Assembly: GCA_964554865.1 (NCBI GenBank)
Contig: CAZKQK010000003.1
Coordinates: 22,931-86,930 of the forward strand
DNA from: an uncultured Luteolibacter sp.
GTDB taxonomy: Bacteria > Verrucomicrobiota > Verrucomicrobiia > Verrucomicrobiales > Akkermansiaceae
Direction of reading: 5' to 3'
Length of the DNA stretch: 64,000 nucleotides
The position numbers were made by a program, and so were the translations under genes. Below the pieces are notes generated by a model, which was not told the DNA's origin, ran no database searches, and saw only the letters and a program-made list of their open reading frames with translations. This document shows, piece after piece, positions 28,293 through 36,327 of this stretch. Position 1 is the stretch's first letter. Every line of letters begins with the position of its first letter.

Positions 28293-29492
28293 TCATCCCG
28301 CCGGGTTTAACGGTTTCATTGAGAAATACGGAAGCGATTGAATCGCCCGGTCGAGGGCCTCGTCGTGGTGGGTGTAATTGGCGTGAATCCCGGCGCTCTT
28401 GTGTCCGGTGAGCTTCTGGCGCACGTCGGCGGCAACGTCCGCATCGGCGAGCCACGAGGTGAAGGAATGCCGCAGGCTGTGGAACGAACGCCTCGCCTCG
28501 ATGCCTCCTGGCAGCGTCACCTTGTCCGGCACTCCGGCGGATTTCATGATTCGCTTGAAGGTGGTCGAGAGCGTCCCCGTGACTCGCTTTGAGAGGTTGG
28601 GGAAAAAATCCCCGTTCTTGCCTTCGATCCAGGCGAGACAGCCCGGCGAAAGCGGGATGACAATCGTGGAGGCGTTCTTGCGGCGCTTGGTTTTTTTCGG
28701 ACGGATCACCAGCCGCTTGTCCGCCACATGCCCGCTGCCGAGCTTCGCCACGTCTCCAAGCCTCAGTCCGGTGGAACCTCCGAAAAGGATCACGCCTTTC
28801 CATTCGTCGCTCGTCTGGGGATGCGAGATCATCCGCCGCACTTCCTCCGGTTCGAAGGGAGCGCGTTCGACTGAATCGTCTTCCGGCAGCGGCCTGATGC
28901 CTTGAGCCACGTTCGCCCGCGCCAGCCCGGCGGCAACCGCAGCGTGCAAGGCCCGGCGGAACGATCTGAGCGCGAGATTGACGGTGGAACCGCGCAGCCC
29001 GCCATCCTTCAGTTTCTGGATGGCCTTGTTGACCTGATCCACGGTCAAATCCCCCACCGGCGCGGATGACACCCGCTTGCCGAGCGCCCCGGTCATGTGG
29101 CGGTGCATGTCCATGTAAACTTCCGTGGTGGACAATTCGACATGGTGTTTCTGGTTGCGAATCCAGCCCATGACGTGATCGGAGAGGCTGACCACGCGGA
29201 AATCCGGATTCGCGTATTTGTGAAGCTTCATGATGAGATCCTGAGCGCGGGCGAGTGTCAGATTGCCTTCGGCGGCTTCCCTGGCCGCGGCTTCCACCAC
29301 GGCGGCAAAGGCTTTCGGCAGCCCTTTCGCCTTTCGGCGGATGTCCCTGCCCTCGCTCTCGAAATCCTCCGCGATCTTTTGAGCCTCGCGTTTTTTCGTA
29401 GCGCCTGTATTTTTCGAGAGTCGCTTGCCGTCCGGCCCGAAATATTTGGCATACCAAAATTCCGAATCCGGTCGCTTGTAAACGGTGGCCAT
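28293..29492 (-). CDS. Prophage tyrosine integrase
   Basis: TGLRLGD (R), FHSLRHSF (HxxR), LTGH and Y catalytic residues; start ATG 29492 (GTG 29510 is an alternative). Confidence 0.93.
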   Translation of the reverse strand: MATVYKRPDSEFWYAKYFGPDGKRLSKNTGATKKREAQKIAEDFESEGRDIRRKAKGLPKAFAAVVEAAAREAAEGNLTLARAQDLIMKLHKYANPDFRVVSLSDHVMGWIRNQKHHVELSTTEVYMDMHRHMTGALGKRVSSAPVGDLTVDQVNKAIQKLKDGGLRGSTVNLALRSFRRALHAAVAAGLARANVAQGIRPLPEDDSVERAPFEPEEVRRMISHPQTSDEWKGVILFGGSTGLRLGDVAKLGSGHVADKRLVIRPKKTKRRKNASTIVIPLSPGCLAWIEGKNGDFFPNLSKRVTGTLSTTFKRIMKSAGVPDKVTLPGGIEARRSFHSLRHSFTSWLADADVAADVRQKLTGHKSAGIHANYTHHDEALDRAIQSLPYFSMKPLNPAG

Positions 29493-29501
29493 GGGCGGAA
29501 A

Positions 29502-29543
29502 CGTAGACACTTGCCAGGTCCGGGAAAGTCCGAAGTGTCTACG
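29502..29543. promoter_or_regulatory. 11-bp perfect inverted repeat between att and the integrase start (arm-type or operator site)
   Basis: CGTAGACACTT (29502-29512) and AAGTGTCTACG (29533-29543), 20-bp spacer. Confidence 0.5.
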
Positions 29544-29581
29544 AACCCCCTAAAATACTGAGTAAGAAAGGCTTTTTCCGT

Positions 29582-30862
29582 TTAGGTCGTTGGTTCGATC
29601 CCAACCGCCGGAGCCTTTTGACCCATTGCGCCAAGGTGCGACAGAAACCGCCTAATCAACTCAGACACAGTGTCTTGTGACGGCACTTCGGGAAAGGGGC
29701 TTGCGACAGGCACCGACTCCAAAACCCCCGAAACGACTAATTCGAGTGACGAATCCGGTGACCACTGGTTTCCGTTAGAGAGGCCCGGCAGCTTGGCAGC
29801 GTGTTCGTTCAGCGCGTAGGCGTCCTGATCTCCATAGACGGCGGCCAGAAGCTTCGGGTCGCTGTGACGCATCAGGCGCATGGCCACGGCGAACGGGATG
29901 CCCGATTCCTTGAGTCGTTGCGCATAGGAATGGCGGAAGCTGTGGAAATCCACGATCCTCCCGCGCTCATCCTTTTTCGCGATCCCTGCCGCCTTCTGAT
30001 CGCGGTGCAGGGCATCCATGCGATGCGGGACCTTCACAGCCTTTACGGAGGCTCCCGGATTGCCCGAGGACTCGCGGTGAGCAAGCAGCATTTCGCGCAG
30101 ATCCGAGGGCAGGGGAAGGGGCTGGTTCTCCTTGTTTTTCGTGTGTTCCTCGCGGCAGGTGACGAAGCCATTCACGAAATCGAAGTCCCCCCACAGCAAC
30201 GAGGCGATTTCTCCGCGCCGCAAGCCCGTGTAGTACGCGAGCGCGTAAACGATCCGGCGAGATGGAGTAGCGACACCTAGCAGGCGCTCGAATTCAGCAT
30301 GGGTGTAAGGACGTCGATTCCTTGCCTTGCGCCCCCTTGTCTCAGACTTGCCCACCGAGAGCAGGGGATTGGACGGGAGCCGTCCCGCCTTCACCAGCCA
30401 GTTGAGGAAGGCCCGGACGCACCCAAGGTATTCGTTGAGTGTCTTTGGAGCCTTGTTGCGGTTCTGACCCCGCCAGTTGTTGAAGGATTCCGGGCGGATA
30501 TCCGCCACCGTGGACCACGAGCATTCCCGCATCAGCACGCCCATGAATTTCTCCATGATGCCGCAATAATGCGGTTTGCGCCCCTTTCCACCCAGATCGA
30601 TCACCCATTCCCGCACCAATGTCTTGAGCGGAGCGGAAACGGTTTCCACTTGTCGCGCTGGAGCAGCCAGTCCTTGCCGCTCCAATTGCTTCTGGAGAAC
30701 GATGTCCGCCAGTTTGGACTGTGCAACCTGCTTTTCTGATACCCCCAACGGAACCTCGGCATCCCGCAAATCCCCATCCAGCCTGTAACGACCCGAGTAG
30801 GTTTTTGCGCGAACCCGCTTGCCATCGACCATCCGGCTGCGCTTGAAAACGTGCTGTTTCAT
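29582..30862 (-). CDS. Tyrosine integrase of the small element (integrated-form C-terminus runs through the att core)
   Basis: YTGLRRGE, FHSFRHSY, LMRHS and Y motifs; last residues APAVGIEPTT are the antisense of the tRNA 3' end. Confidence 0.93.
   Translation of the reverse strand: MKQHVFKRSRMVDGKRVRAKTYSGRYRLDGDLRDAEVPLGVSEKQVAQSKLADIVLQKQLERQGLAAPARQVETVSAPLKTLVREWVIDLGGKGRKPHYCGIMEKFMGVLMRECSWSTVADIRPESFNNWRGQNRNKAPKTLNEYLGCVRAFLNWLVKAGRLPSNPLLSVGKSETRGRKARNRRPYTHAEFERLLGVATPSRRIVYALAYYTGLRRGEIASLLWGDFDFVNGFVTCREEHTKNKENQPLPLPSDLREMLLAHRESSGNPGASVKAVKVPHRMDALHRDQKAAGIAKKDERGRIVDFHSFRHSYAQRLKESGIPFAVAMRLMRHSDPKLLAAVYGDQDAYALNEHAAKLPGLSNGNQWSPDSSLELVVSGVLESVPVASPFPEVPSQDTVSELIRRFLSHLGAMGQKAPAVGIEPTT
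29583..29615 (+). pseudogene. Displaced 3' fragment of a tRNA, probably tRNA-Asn; prophage attR and left att of the small element
   Basis: T-arm GTTGG-TTCGATC-CCAAC, acceptor 3' strand CGCCGGA, discriminator G, then CC; implies a 5'-TCCGGCG start typical of tRNA-Asn; no D or anticodon arm upstream. Confidence 0.8.
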
Positions 30863-30872
30863 TGTCTTGAGG

Positions 30873-31064
30873 TTATTGGATTCCGCCGAAAACGAGGATT
30901 TCTGAGAGAAGCAATCTCACACAGCCGCGGACTTTACGAATCGAAATCGATCCGTGGCTAATAGCTCGCTCCACCGTTCGAATGGAAACGCCGAGGATCC
31001 CGGCAGCTTCACGTTTTGAGATCAGACGATCTCCCGAGAATTCATTCACACATTGATTTTTCAT
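30873..31064 (-). CDS. Excisionase-like HTH (HTH_17/MerR-type) protein, 63 aa
   Basis: RLISKREAAGILGVSIRTVER.I..G.I.......VR; immediately upstream of int. Confidence 0.85.
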   Translation of the reverse strand: MKNQCVNEFSGDRLISKREAAGILGVSIRTVERAISHGSISIRKVRGCVRLLLSEILVFGGIQ

Positions 31065-31442
31065 TGCACATTCAGGTTCCGAAAGTGGCGCAGCCGTCAG
31101 GCCCGACATATTCCGGTGATTTAAGGCACGCCGCCAGAGCAACTCCGCCCCTGACATCCCGCCAAAGGCAACCGAGAGCCGCCCAAGGCGACCTGCCGAG
31201 TCTGTTGCCACCTAGTGTAATGTTTCCCCAAAATAGCACGGCGGCGAATTATGCCGGGGATTTTAGTAATGTAAACCGGCCGCAGCCGGGGGTGCGCACT
31301 ACGGGTGGGGGCAAATTGAAATCCCAACAACACCCGGGCGTCTGTGGGCGGATTCAACTCGGAACCGCCCGCAAGCGTCAAAATAAAAATTCAAAAAAAG
31401 CAGAATCCACCCCCTTTTCACGCTGACGCGACTCCGAACGCC

Positions 31443-31518
31443 CCACCGGTACGGCACGGATACCCCGAGGCTTCACGCTCGCCTTTTGGGGGCTCGCTTG
31501 CCTCTCGCCGTCCGGTGG
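31443..31518. other. Long branched hairpin, candidate single-strand origin (sso)
   Basis: CCACCGGTACGGC / GCCGTCCGGTGG outer stem with inner CCCC-GAGGC / GCCTT-TTGGGG stem, just past the rep stop. Confidence 0.4.
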
Positions 31519-31577
31519 CTTGCGACCCTCCCCGCGTGGCGGACCCTTCACCGCTCCGCGCAAAGGGCAATTTCCCG

Positions 31578-32990
31578 TTAGAACGGATTCCGCGCCAGCC
31601 AATTCCTCATCGCCATGCCCACGAAGCGCATGATTTGAAGCGCCGTCCGTGGGGATTGCGCGGAAATCAGTTTGATTCCCGAAAACCTCACGGACCGGAA
31701 CCGCCGAGCCTTGTTCCCATCCCGTTCCAAAATCTTCTTTTTCGGCTTTGGAAACAGCTTGGCCTTGCCCCACTTCAGCCCGTTCGCATGGGGAAACAGA
31801 ATGAGATAATCGAACGCGCGTTGCGTCGCGACAGGCAGGGAATCAAGATCGGCCAAGGATTGGAGGCGCAGCCCCCGAAGCCGATCACGCATTGAGAGCA
31901 AGCCGAACTGCGAAACCAGCGGCTCGCCCTTGGGATCCACAAGCCCCATGGCCTTTGCGGTGGAACGGTGTTTCGCCTCATCCGCCCGCTTCTGGCGCAG
32001 CTTGCGGGCGAGACGGTGCGCGAGGATCGCGGCCCGCTCCGGCATGGGCATTTCCGAACAGACGGAAAGCGGAACGGCCTTGCCGTTGACCTTGCCCCAC
32101 CAACGGCCGGGGATTTCCTCGAAAACGGTTTCCAGAGGCTTGCCCAGGTATTTCGCGAAGTAGCGGGCGATGTTGCCCCGGACCTTTTCCATGTTCCTCG
32201 CGTGAAGGTGCCAGCGCAGATGCTTGCCCCTTTCCTCACCATCCAGACCGACGCAAACCAAGGCGTTCCATTGCGCGGCGATCCAGCGTTGGAACGCGGA
32301 GCGGGTTTTCTCATCTTCCAGACCGTAAAGCACGAGATGATAATGCAGCGCCCCGCGCCGTTGAAGCTCCCGCTTCCACACGAATCCGACATCCGGGAAC
32401 AAACGGGATGCGGTCAGGCGGTTGCAGAGCTTCTTGAACGCAAGATGGACTATGGCCGAAGTGAGGAATCGCACTTCCCCCGGCAGGGTGAGTGCCATCG
32501 TATAAGCCGAAGCGTCCCGGTTGAGCTTCGCGAGATAGAGCATGAGATTGCGGCGGGATGCGTCCGAGAGCGTTAGAACCTTGCCCCGCACACCGCCTTG
32601 ATTGAGGCCCTGATCGCCCGCCATGGGACTGAGATTCGGAATGCCGGGAAAGATCGCCAACGAGGCATCTTTCCAGACTTGGAACAGGCGGGCGGGTGAC
32701 TTGGGGGAATCCGCGCGGGGGCATGCGTTCGGATTGCTGGTTTTATGCACTATAGACAAGCGTGCGGCCTCCCGTCCCGCAGGGCGGGGCGTCGCTGGCG
32801 CGACGCTTCCGCCTCCGCCGACCGTTCGGCGGCGCCCCAAGTCGAACAGTGGCAAATGGCCGCAGGACTCCCTGACAGCCCGATCCCCATGACGAGGAGC
32901 CAAGCCGACATCCGCCCGCGTGGCCCGATCGAAATATGAAAACCCCTCCGCCCCGGAACGCCCGGAGCGGGAAACGCTGTTTCTGGCCAT
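31578..32990 (-). CDS. HUH-superfamily rolling-circle replication initiator (Rep)
   Basis: Motif 1 YTMALTLP, motif 2 WKRELQRRGALHYHL, motif 3 RYFAKYLGK (YxxKY); true start either 32990 or 32624. Confidence 0.88.
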   Translation of the reverse strand: MARNSVSRSGRSGAEGFSYFDRATRADVGLAPRHGDRAVRESCGHLPLFDLGRRRTVGGGGSVAPATPRPAGREAARLSIVHKTSNPNACPRADSPKSPARLFQVWKDASLAIFPGIPNLSPMAGDQGLNQGGVRGKVLTLSDASRRNLMLYLAKLNRDASAYTMALTLPGEVRFLTSAIVHLAFKKLCNRLTASRLFPDVGFVWKRELQRRGALHYHLVLYGLEDEKTRSAFQRWIAAQWNALVCVGLDGEERGKHLRWHLHARNMEKVRGNIARYFAKYLGKPLETVFEEIPGRWWGKVNGKAVPLSVCSEMPMPERAAILAHRLARKLRQKRADEAKHRSTAKAMGLVDPKGEPLVSQFGLLSMRDRLRGLRLQSLADLDSLPVATQRAFDYLILFPHANGLKWGKAKLFPKPKKKILERDGNKARRFRSVRFSGIKLISAQSPRTALQIMRFVGMAMRNWLARNPF

Positions 32991-32993
32991 GCG

Positions 32994-33156
32994 TCAACGC
33001 CCTGCGGAGCCCTCCACGATTGCCAGAATCGCCACCTTGAGCGATCCATTCAAATTCGGCCATGCCTCGACCACCCGCAGCAGCAACCGCAAATCGGGTG
33101 ACGAATCCGGTGACCACCACTCAAGCAACCCGTTGATGTTCAACGGGGAAGCAGTG
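32994..33156 (-). other. Start-less in-frame C-terminal segment of the element integrase, separated by integration
   Basis: Reads (P)TASPLNINGLLEWWSPDSSPDLRLLLRVVEAWPNLNGSLKVAILAIVEGSAGR-stop in the int frame once 29592 and 33157 are joined. Confidence 0.75.
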
Positions 33157-33183
33157 GGTTCGATCCCAACCGCCGGAGCCTTT
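33157..33183 (+). repeat. Right att site of the small element (tRNA 3'-end duplication)
   Basis: Identical to 29592-29618. Confidence 0.92.
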
Positions 33184-33546
33184 CTGAATCAACGCGCTGC
33201 GAGCGGGAATCGTCAGTCAAAAAGTCTGACGGAACGCTTTTTCTCCGGCATAGCGTGCGCGATGGTTCCGGAAAATCCTCCGGACATCCCGATAAGATGA
33301 ACGGCAGGCGGGGGTTGGGGCAATCTCTCCGCCATGAATTTGGATTGGAAATACCGAGGGGCGCTCAGGCGACTTGAGGAGGTTTGCACACTCAAGCAGG
33401 CGGCGGAATGTTCGAACTTGATAAGGAGCCACGACATTCCTGCCGTGCCGCGAAGCGAGATGAGCGAGGAAGAGGCTGAAACGGCGGATTCTTCCACCGA
33501 ACCCGCGCCCCTGCGACTGCGACAGGAATGTCGCAACTCCTTTGGC

Positions 33547-34668
33547 TCACTTGCTCACGTTGAAGCGGAACTCGATGACATCGCCGTCCCTGACGACGTA
33601 TTCCTTGCCTTCGATGCGGAGCTTCCCGGCTTCCTTGCAGGCGTTTTTGGAGCCGAGGGAAACGAGGTCGTCGTAGTGGACGACTTCGGCGGCGATGAAG
33701 CCGCGTTCGAAATCGGTGTGGATGACGCCGGCGGCGGCGGGGGCCTTGTCGCCCTCGTGGATGGTCCAGGCGCGGGTTTCCTGGACGCCGGTGGTGAGGT
33801 AGGTGCGCAGGCCTAACAAGTGATAGACGGCGCGGATGAGGGCGGAGACGCCGGAGTCGGCCACGCCCATGTCGGCGAGAAACTCGGCGGCTTCCCCGGG
33901 TGACAGTTCGCTGAGTTCCTCCTCGATGCGCGCGGAGATGACGACGGCTTCCGAGCCGCTGTGTTCGGCGGCGAACTTGCGGACCTTGGCGACGAGCGGA
34001 TTGGAGTCCGGGTTTTCGGTGGTGGCGGCGATCTCGTCCTCGCTGACGTTGCAGGCGTAGATCGTGCGTTTCATCGAGAGCAGGAAGAAGTCGCGCACGA
34101 TGGCGGCGTCCTCATCGCCGAGCCGCAAGGTGAGCGCGGGTTTCCCCTGGTCGAGGTGCGGGAGGATGACATCGATGAGTTCGACCTCCTTCTTTGCCTC
34201 CTTGTCGCCGCCCTTGGCTTTCTTCTCGCGGGAAACGCGGCGTTTTTCGAGCGAGGCCATGTCGGCGAGGATGAGTTCGGCGTTGATGATCTCGATGTCG
34301 CGGACCGGATCGACCGAGCCGAGTTCGTGGATGATGTCGTCGTTTTCAAAACAACGGACCACCTGGACGATGGCGTCGGTTTCGCGGATGTTGGCGAGGA
34401 ACTGGTTGCCGAGGCCCGCGCCTTCGGAGGCTCCCTTGACGAGGCCTGCGATGTCCACGAACTCGATGGCGGTGGGGACGAGTTTCTGCGAGCCGGAGAT
34501 TTCCGAAAGCACGGCGAGCCGCGGATCGGGCACGGTGACGATGCCGACGTTGGGGTCGATGGTGCAGAAGGGATAGTTCGCCGCCTCCGCCTTGCGGGTG
34601 CGGGTGACGGCATTGAAGAGGGTGGATTTCCCGACGTTTGGCAGTCCTACGATTCCGGCCTTGAGCAT
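33547..34668 (-). CDS. ychF: Redox-regulated ATPase YchF
   Basis: [37 protein letters not shown]. Confidence 0.97.
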   Translation of the reverse strand: MLKAGIVGLPNVGKSTLFNAVTRTRKAEAANYPFCTIDPNVGIVTVPDPRLAVLSEISGSQKLVPTAIEFVDIAGLVKGASEGAGLGNQFLANIRETDAIVQVVRCFENDDIIHELGSVDPVRDIEIINAELILADMASLEKRRVSREKKAKGGDKEAKKEVELIDVILPHLDQGKPALTLRLGDEDAAIVRDFFLLSMKRTIYACNVSEDEIAATTENPDSNPLVAKVRKFAAEHSGSEAVVISARIEEELSELSPGEAAEFLADMGVADSGVSALIRAVYHLLGLRTYLTTGVQETRAWTIHEGDKAPAAAGVIHTDFERGFIAAEVVHYDDLVSLGSKNACKEAGKLRIEGKEYVVRDGDVIEFRFNVSK

Positions 34669-34814
34669 GGCGGCGGGAGGGTGGGGGGCGGATGCGGCCG
34701 CGACGAGAAAAATTTGCGCCGGAAGTTCCTGGCGCCGGATCCGGGGCGTTCGTGGGTGTGAAATCGGCGCTTCTCTCCGCAGCGGTGATGGTTTCCAATC
34801 CGCGGCGGCCCCGA

Positions 34815-35846
34815 ATGTCCGAGAACTTTTACCAGCAGACCACCTCCGCCCCGGCGACGGCATTTGACGTTTCGCTGCGGCCGCCGGCGTTTTCTGAATT
34901 CATCGGCCAGGAGAAGGTCAAGGAGCGCCTGCTGTTGATGCTGGAAGCCGCCCGGCAGCGCGGCGATGTGCTCGACCACGTCCTGCTTTCCGGGCCTCCG
35001 GGACTCGGGAAAACCACGCTGGCGAACCTGATTTCCCGTGCCGCAGGGACCCAGCTCCACACCACCTCCGGCCCGCAGATCGAGAAGGCTGGCGACCTCG
35101 CCGGCATCCTCACCAACATCCAGAAGGGCGACATCCTGTTCATCGATGAAATCCACCGGCTCCACCCGGCCATCGAGGAGTACTTGTATCCGGCGATGGA
35201 GGATTTCCGTCTGGATATCATCATCGATTCCGGGCCGTCCGCGCGTTCGATCCAGATCAACCTCCCGCGCTTCACGCTGGTGGGAGCCACCACCCGCTCC
35301 GGCATGCTCACCGCGCCGCTGCGGTCGCGTTTCGGGCTGGTCAACCGCCTGGATTATTACACGCACGACGAACTCGCGCTCATCATCGAGCGCTCGGCCG
35401 GACTGCTCGACGCGCCGATCGAACGCGGCGGCGCGCTGGAAATCGCCTCCCGCGCCCGCGGCACCCCGCGGGTGGCCAATGCCTTGTTGCGCTGGGTGCG
35501 CGACTACGCGCAGGTCCGCGGCTCGGGGCTGATCGATCAAGCCATCGCCGACGCCGCCCTGGCCATGATCGAGATCGATTCCCAGGGGCTCGATGAAATG
35601 GACAAGCGCCTGCTTGAGGTTCTCATCTACAAGTTCGGCGGCGGTCCGGTGGGGCTCAACTCGCTGGCAGTCGCGGTTGGCGAGGATGCCGCCACCATCG
35701 AGGAGGTTCACGAGCCCTTCCTCATCATGCAGGGCCACATCATGCGCACGCCCCGCGGCCGGATGGCGATGCCCTCCGCCTATCAGAAGATCGGCGCCCC
35801 CGAGCCGCCCCGCAGGCCGGAGGATCCTCAGGTGGAATTGTTCTGA
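34815..35846 (+). CDS. ruvB: Holliday junction branch migration ATPase RuvB
   Basis: [36 protein letters not shown]. Confidence 0.97.
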   Translation: MSENFYQQTTSAPATAFDVSLRPPAFSEFIGQEKVKERLLLMLEAARQRGDVLDHVLLSGPPGLGKTTLANLISRAAGTQLHTTSGPQIEKAGDLAGILTNIQKGDILFIDEIHRLHPAIEEYLYPAMEDFRLDIIIDSGPSARSIQINLPRFTLVGATTRSGMLTAPLRSRFGLVNRLDYYTHDELALIIERSAGLLDAPIERGGALEIASRARGTPRVANALLRWVRDYAQVRGSGLIDQAIADAALAMIEIDSQGLDEMDKRLLEVLIYKFGGGPVGLNSLAVAVGEDAATIEEVHEPFLIMQGHIMRTPRGRMAMPSAYQKIGAPEPPRRPEDPQVELF

Positions 35847-35897
35847 AAATCCGGGTTTCCTTCCCCGTTTCCCCGATCCATCATCCGGCAGATATTC

Positions 35898-36323
35898 ATG
35901 AACCCCGTCGTCAAGCAAACCATCGACCGCTGCCGCGAGGCCGGCCTGCGCCGGACCAAGGCGCTGGAGGAACTCATCGCCACGCTGCTTGAAAAGGACC
36001 TGCCGATGACGCTGGCCGAACTCGCCTCATCAAAGCGGCTCTCCGACCAATGCGACAAGGCCACCGTTTTCCGGCTGCTCCAGCGGCTTGCCGGCCATGG
36101 AATCGTGAGGCGGCTGGGGCTGCACGAGCGCGCGGCGTATTTCACGCTGTTGGTTCCGGGAAAACACAGCGATTACCTGATATGCACGTCCTGCGGCAGC
36201 ATCGAGGCCATCCAGGCGCCGTGCCCGGTGCATCATCTGGAGGACGAGATTCGCGAGAAAACCGGATTCAGAAACCTCTATCACGAGTTGGAATTCTTCG
36301 GCATCTGCCCGAAGTGCGCCTGA
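35898..36323 (+). CDS. Fur-family transcriptional regulator
   Basis: GLRRT, ATVFR, H..LICTSCG...CPKC zinc motifs. Confidence 0.88.
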   Translation: MNPVVKQTIDRCREAGLRRTKALEELIATLLEKDLPMTLAELASSKRLSDQCDKATVFRLLQRLAGHGIVRRLGLHERAAYFTLLVPGKHSDYLICTSCGSIEAIQAPCPVHHLEDEIREKTGFRNLYHELEFFGICPKCA

Positions 36324-36327
36324 TTTC

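Larger units (their letters stand above)
1..29615. mobile_element. Temperate podovirus-type prophage (T7/BPP-1-like morphogenesis module); left end outside the window
   Basis: Contiguous co-oriented + strand operon from replication through terminase, portal, capsid, tail tube A/B, ejection proteins, fibre and lysis, then a convergent tyrosine integrase and a tRNA 3'-end fragment as the likely attR. Confidence 0.95.
29592..33183. mobile_element. Minimal integrated rolling-circle element (int-xis-rep); predicted 3565-bp circle
   Basis: 27-bp perfect direct repeat GGTTCGATCCCAACCGCCGGAGCCTTT at 29592-29618 and 33157-33183 enclosing an integrase, an HTH protein and an HUH Rep. Confidence 0.9.

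Noticed and set aside
29540-29615. Complete tRNA gene
   Set aside because: Only the T-arm and acceptor 3' strand are present; no 5' TCCGGCG, D-arm or anticodon arm upstream, and the same holds at 33157
30087-30100. 13-bp match (AGCATTTCGCGCA) between the 34-bp insert at 49833-49866 and the small element's integrase
   Set aside because: Too short; compatible with chance in a window this size, and the flanks do not match
29592-33183. Inovirus (filamentous) prophage, suggested by the HUH Rep
   Set aside because: No Zot/pI ATPase and no small hydrophobic coat genes between the att sites
33184-33546. Small ORFs between the right att and ychF
   Set aside because: No recognisable motifs or start context; they overlap in conflicting frames
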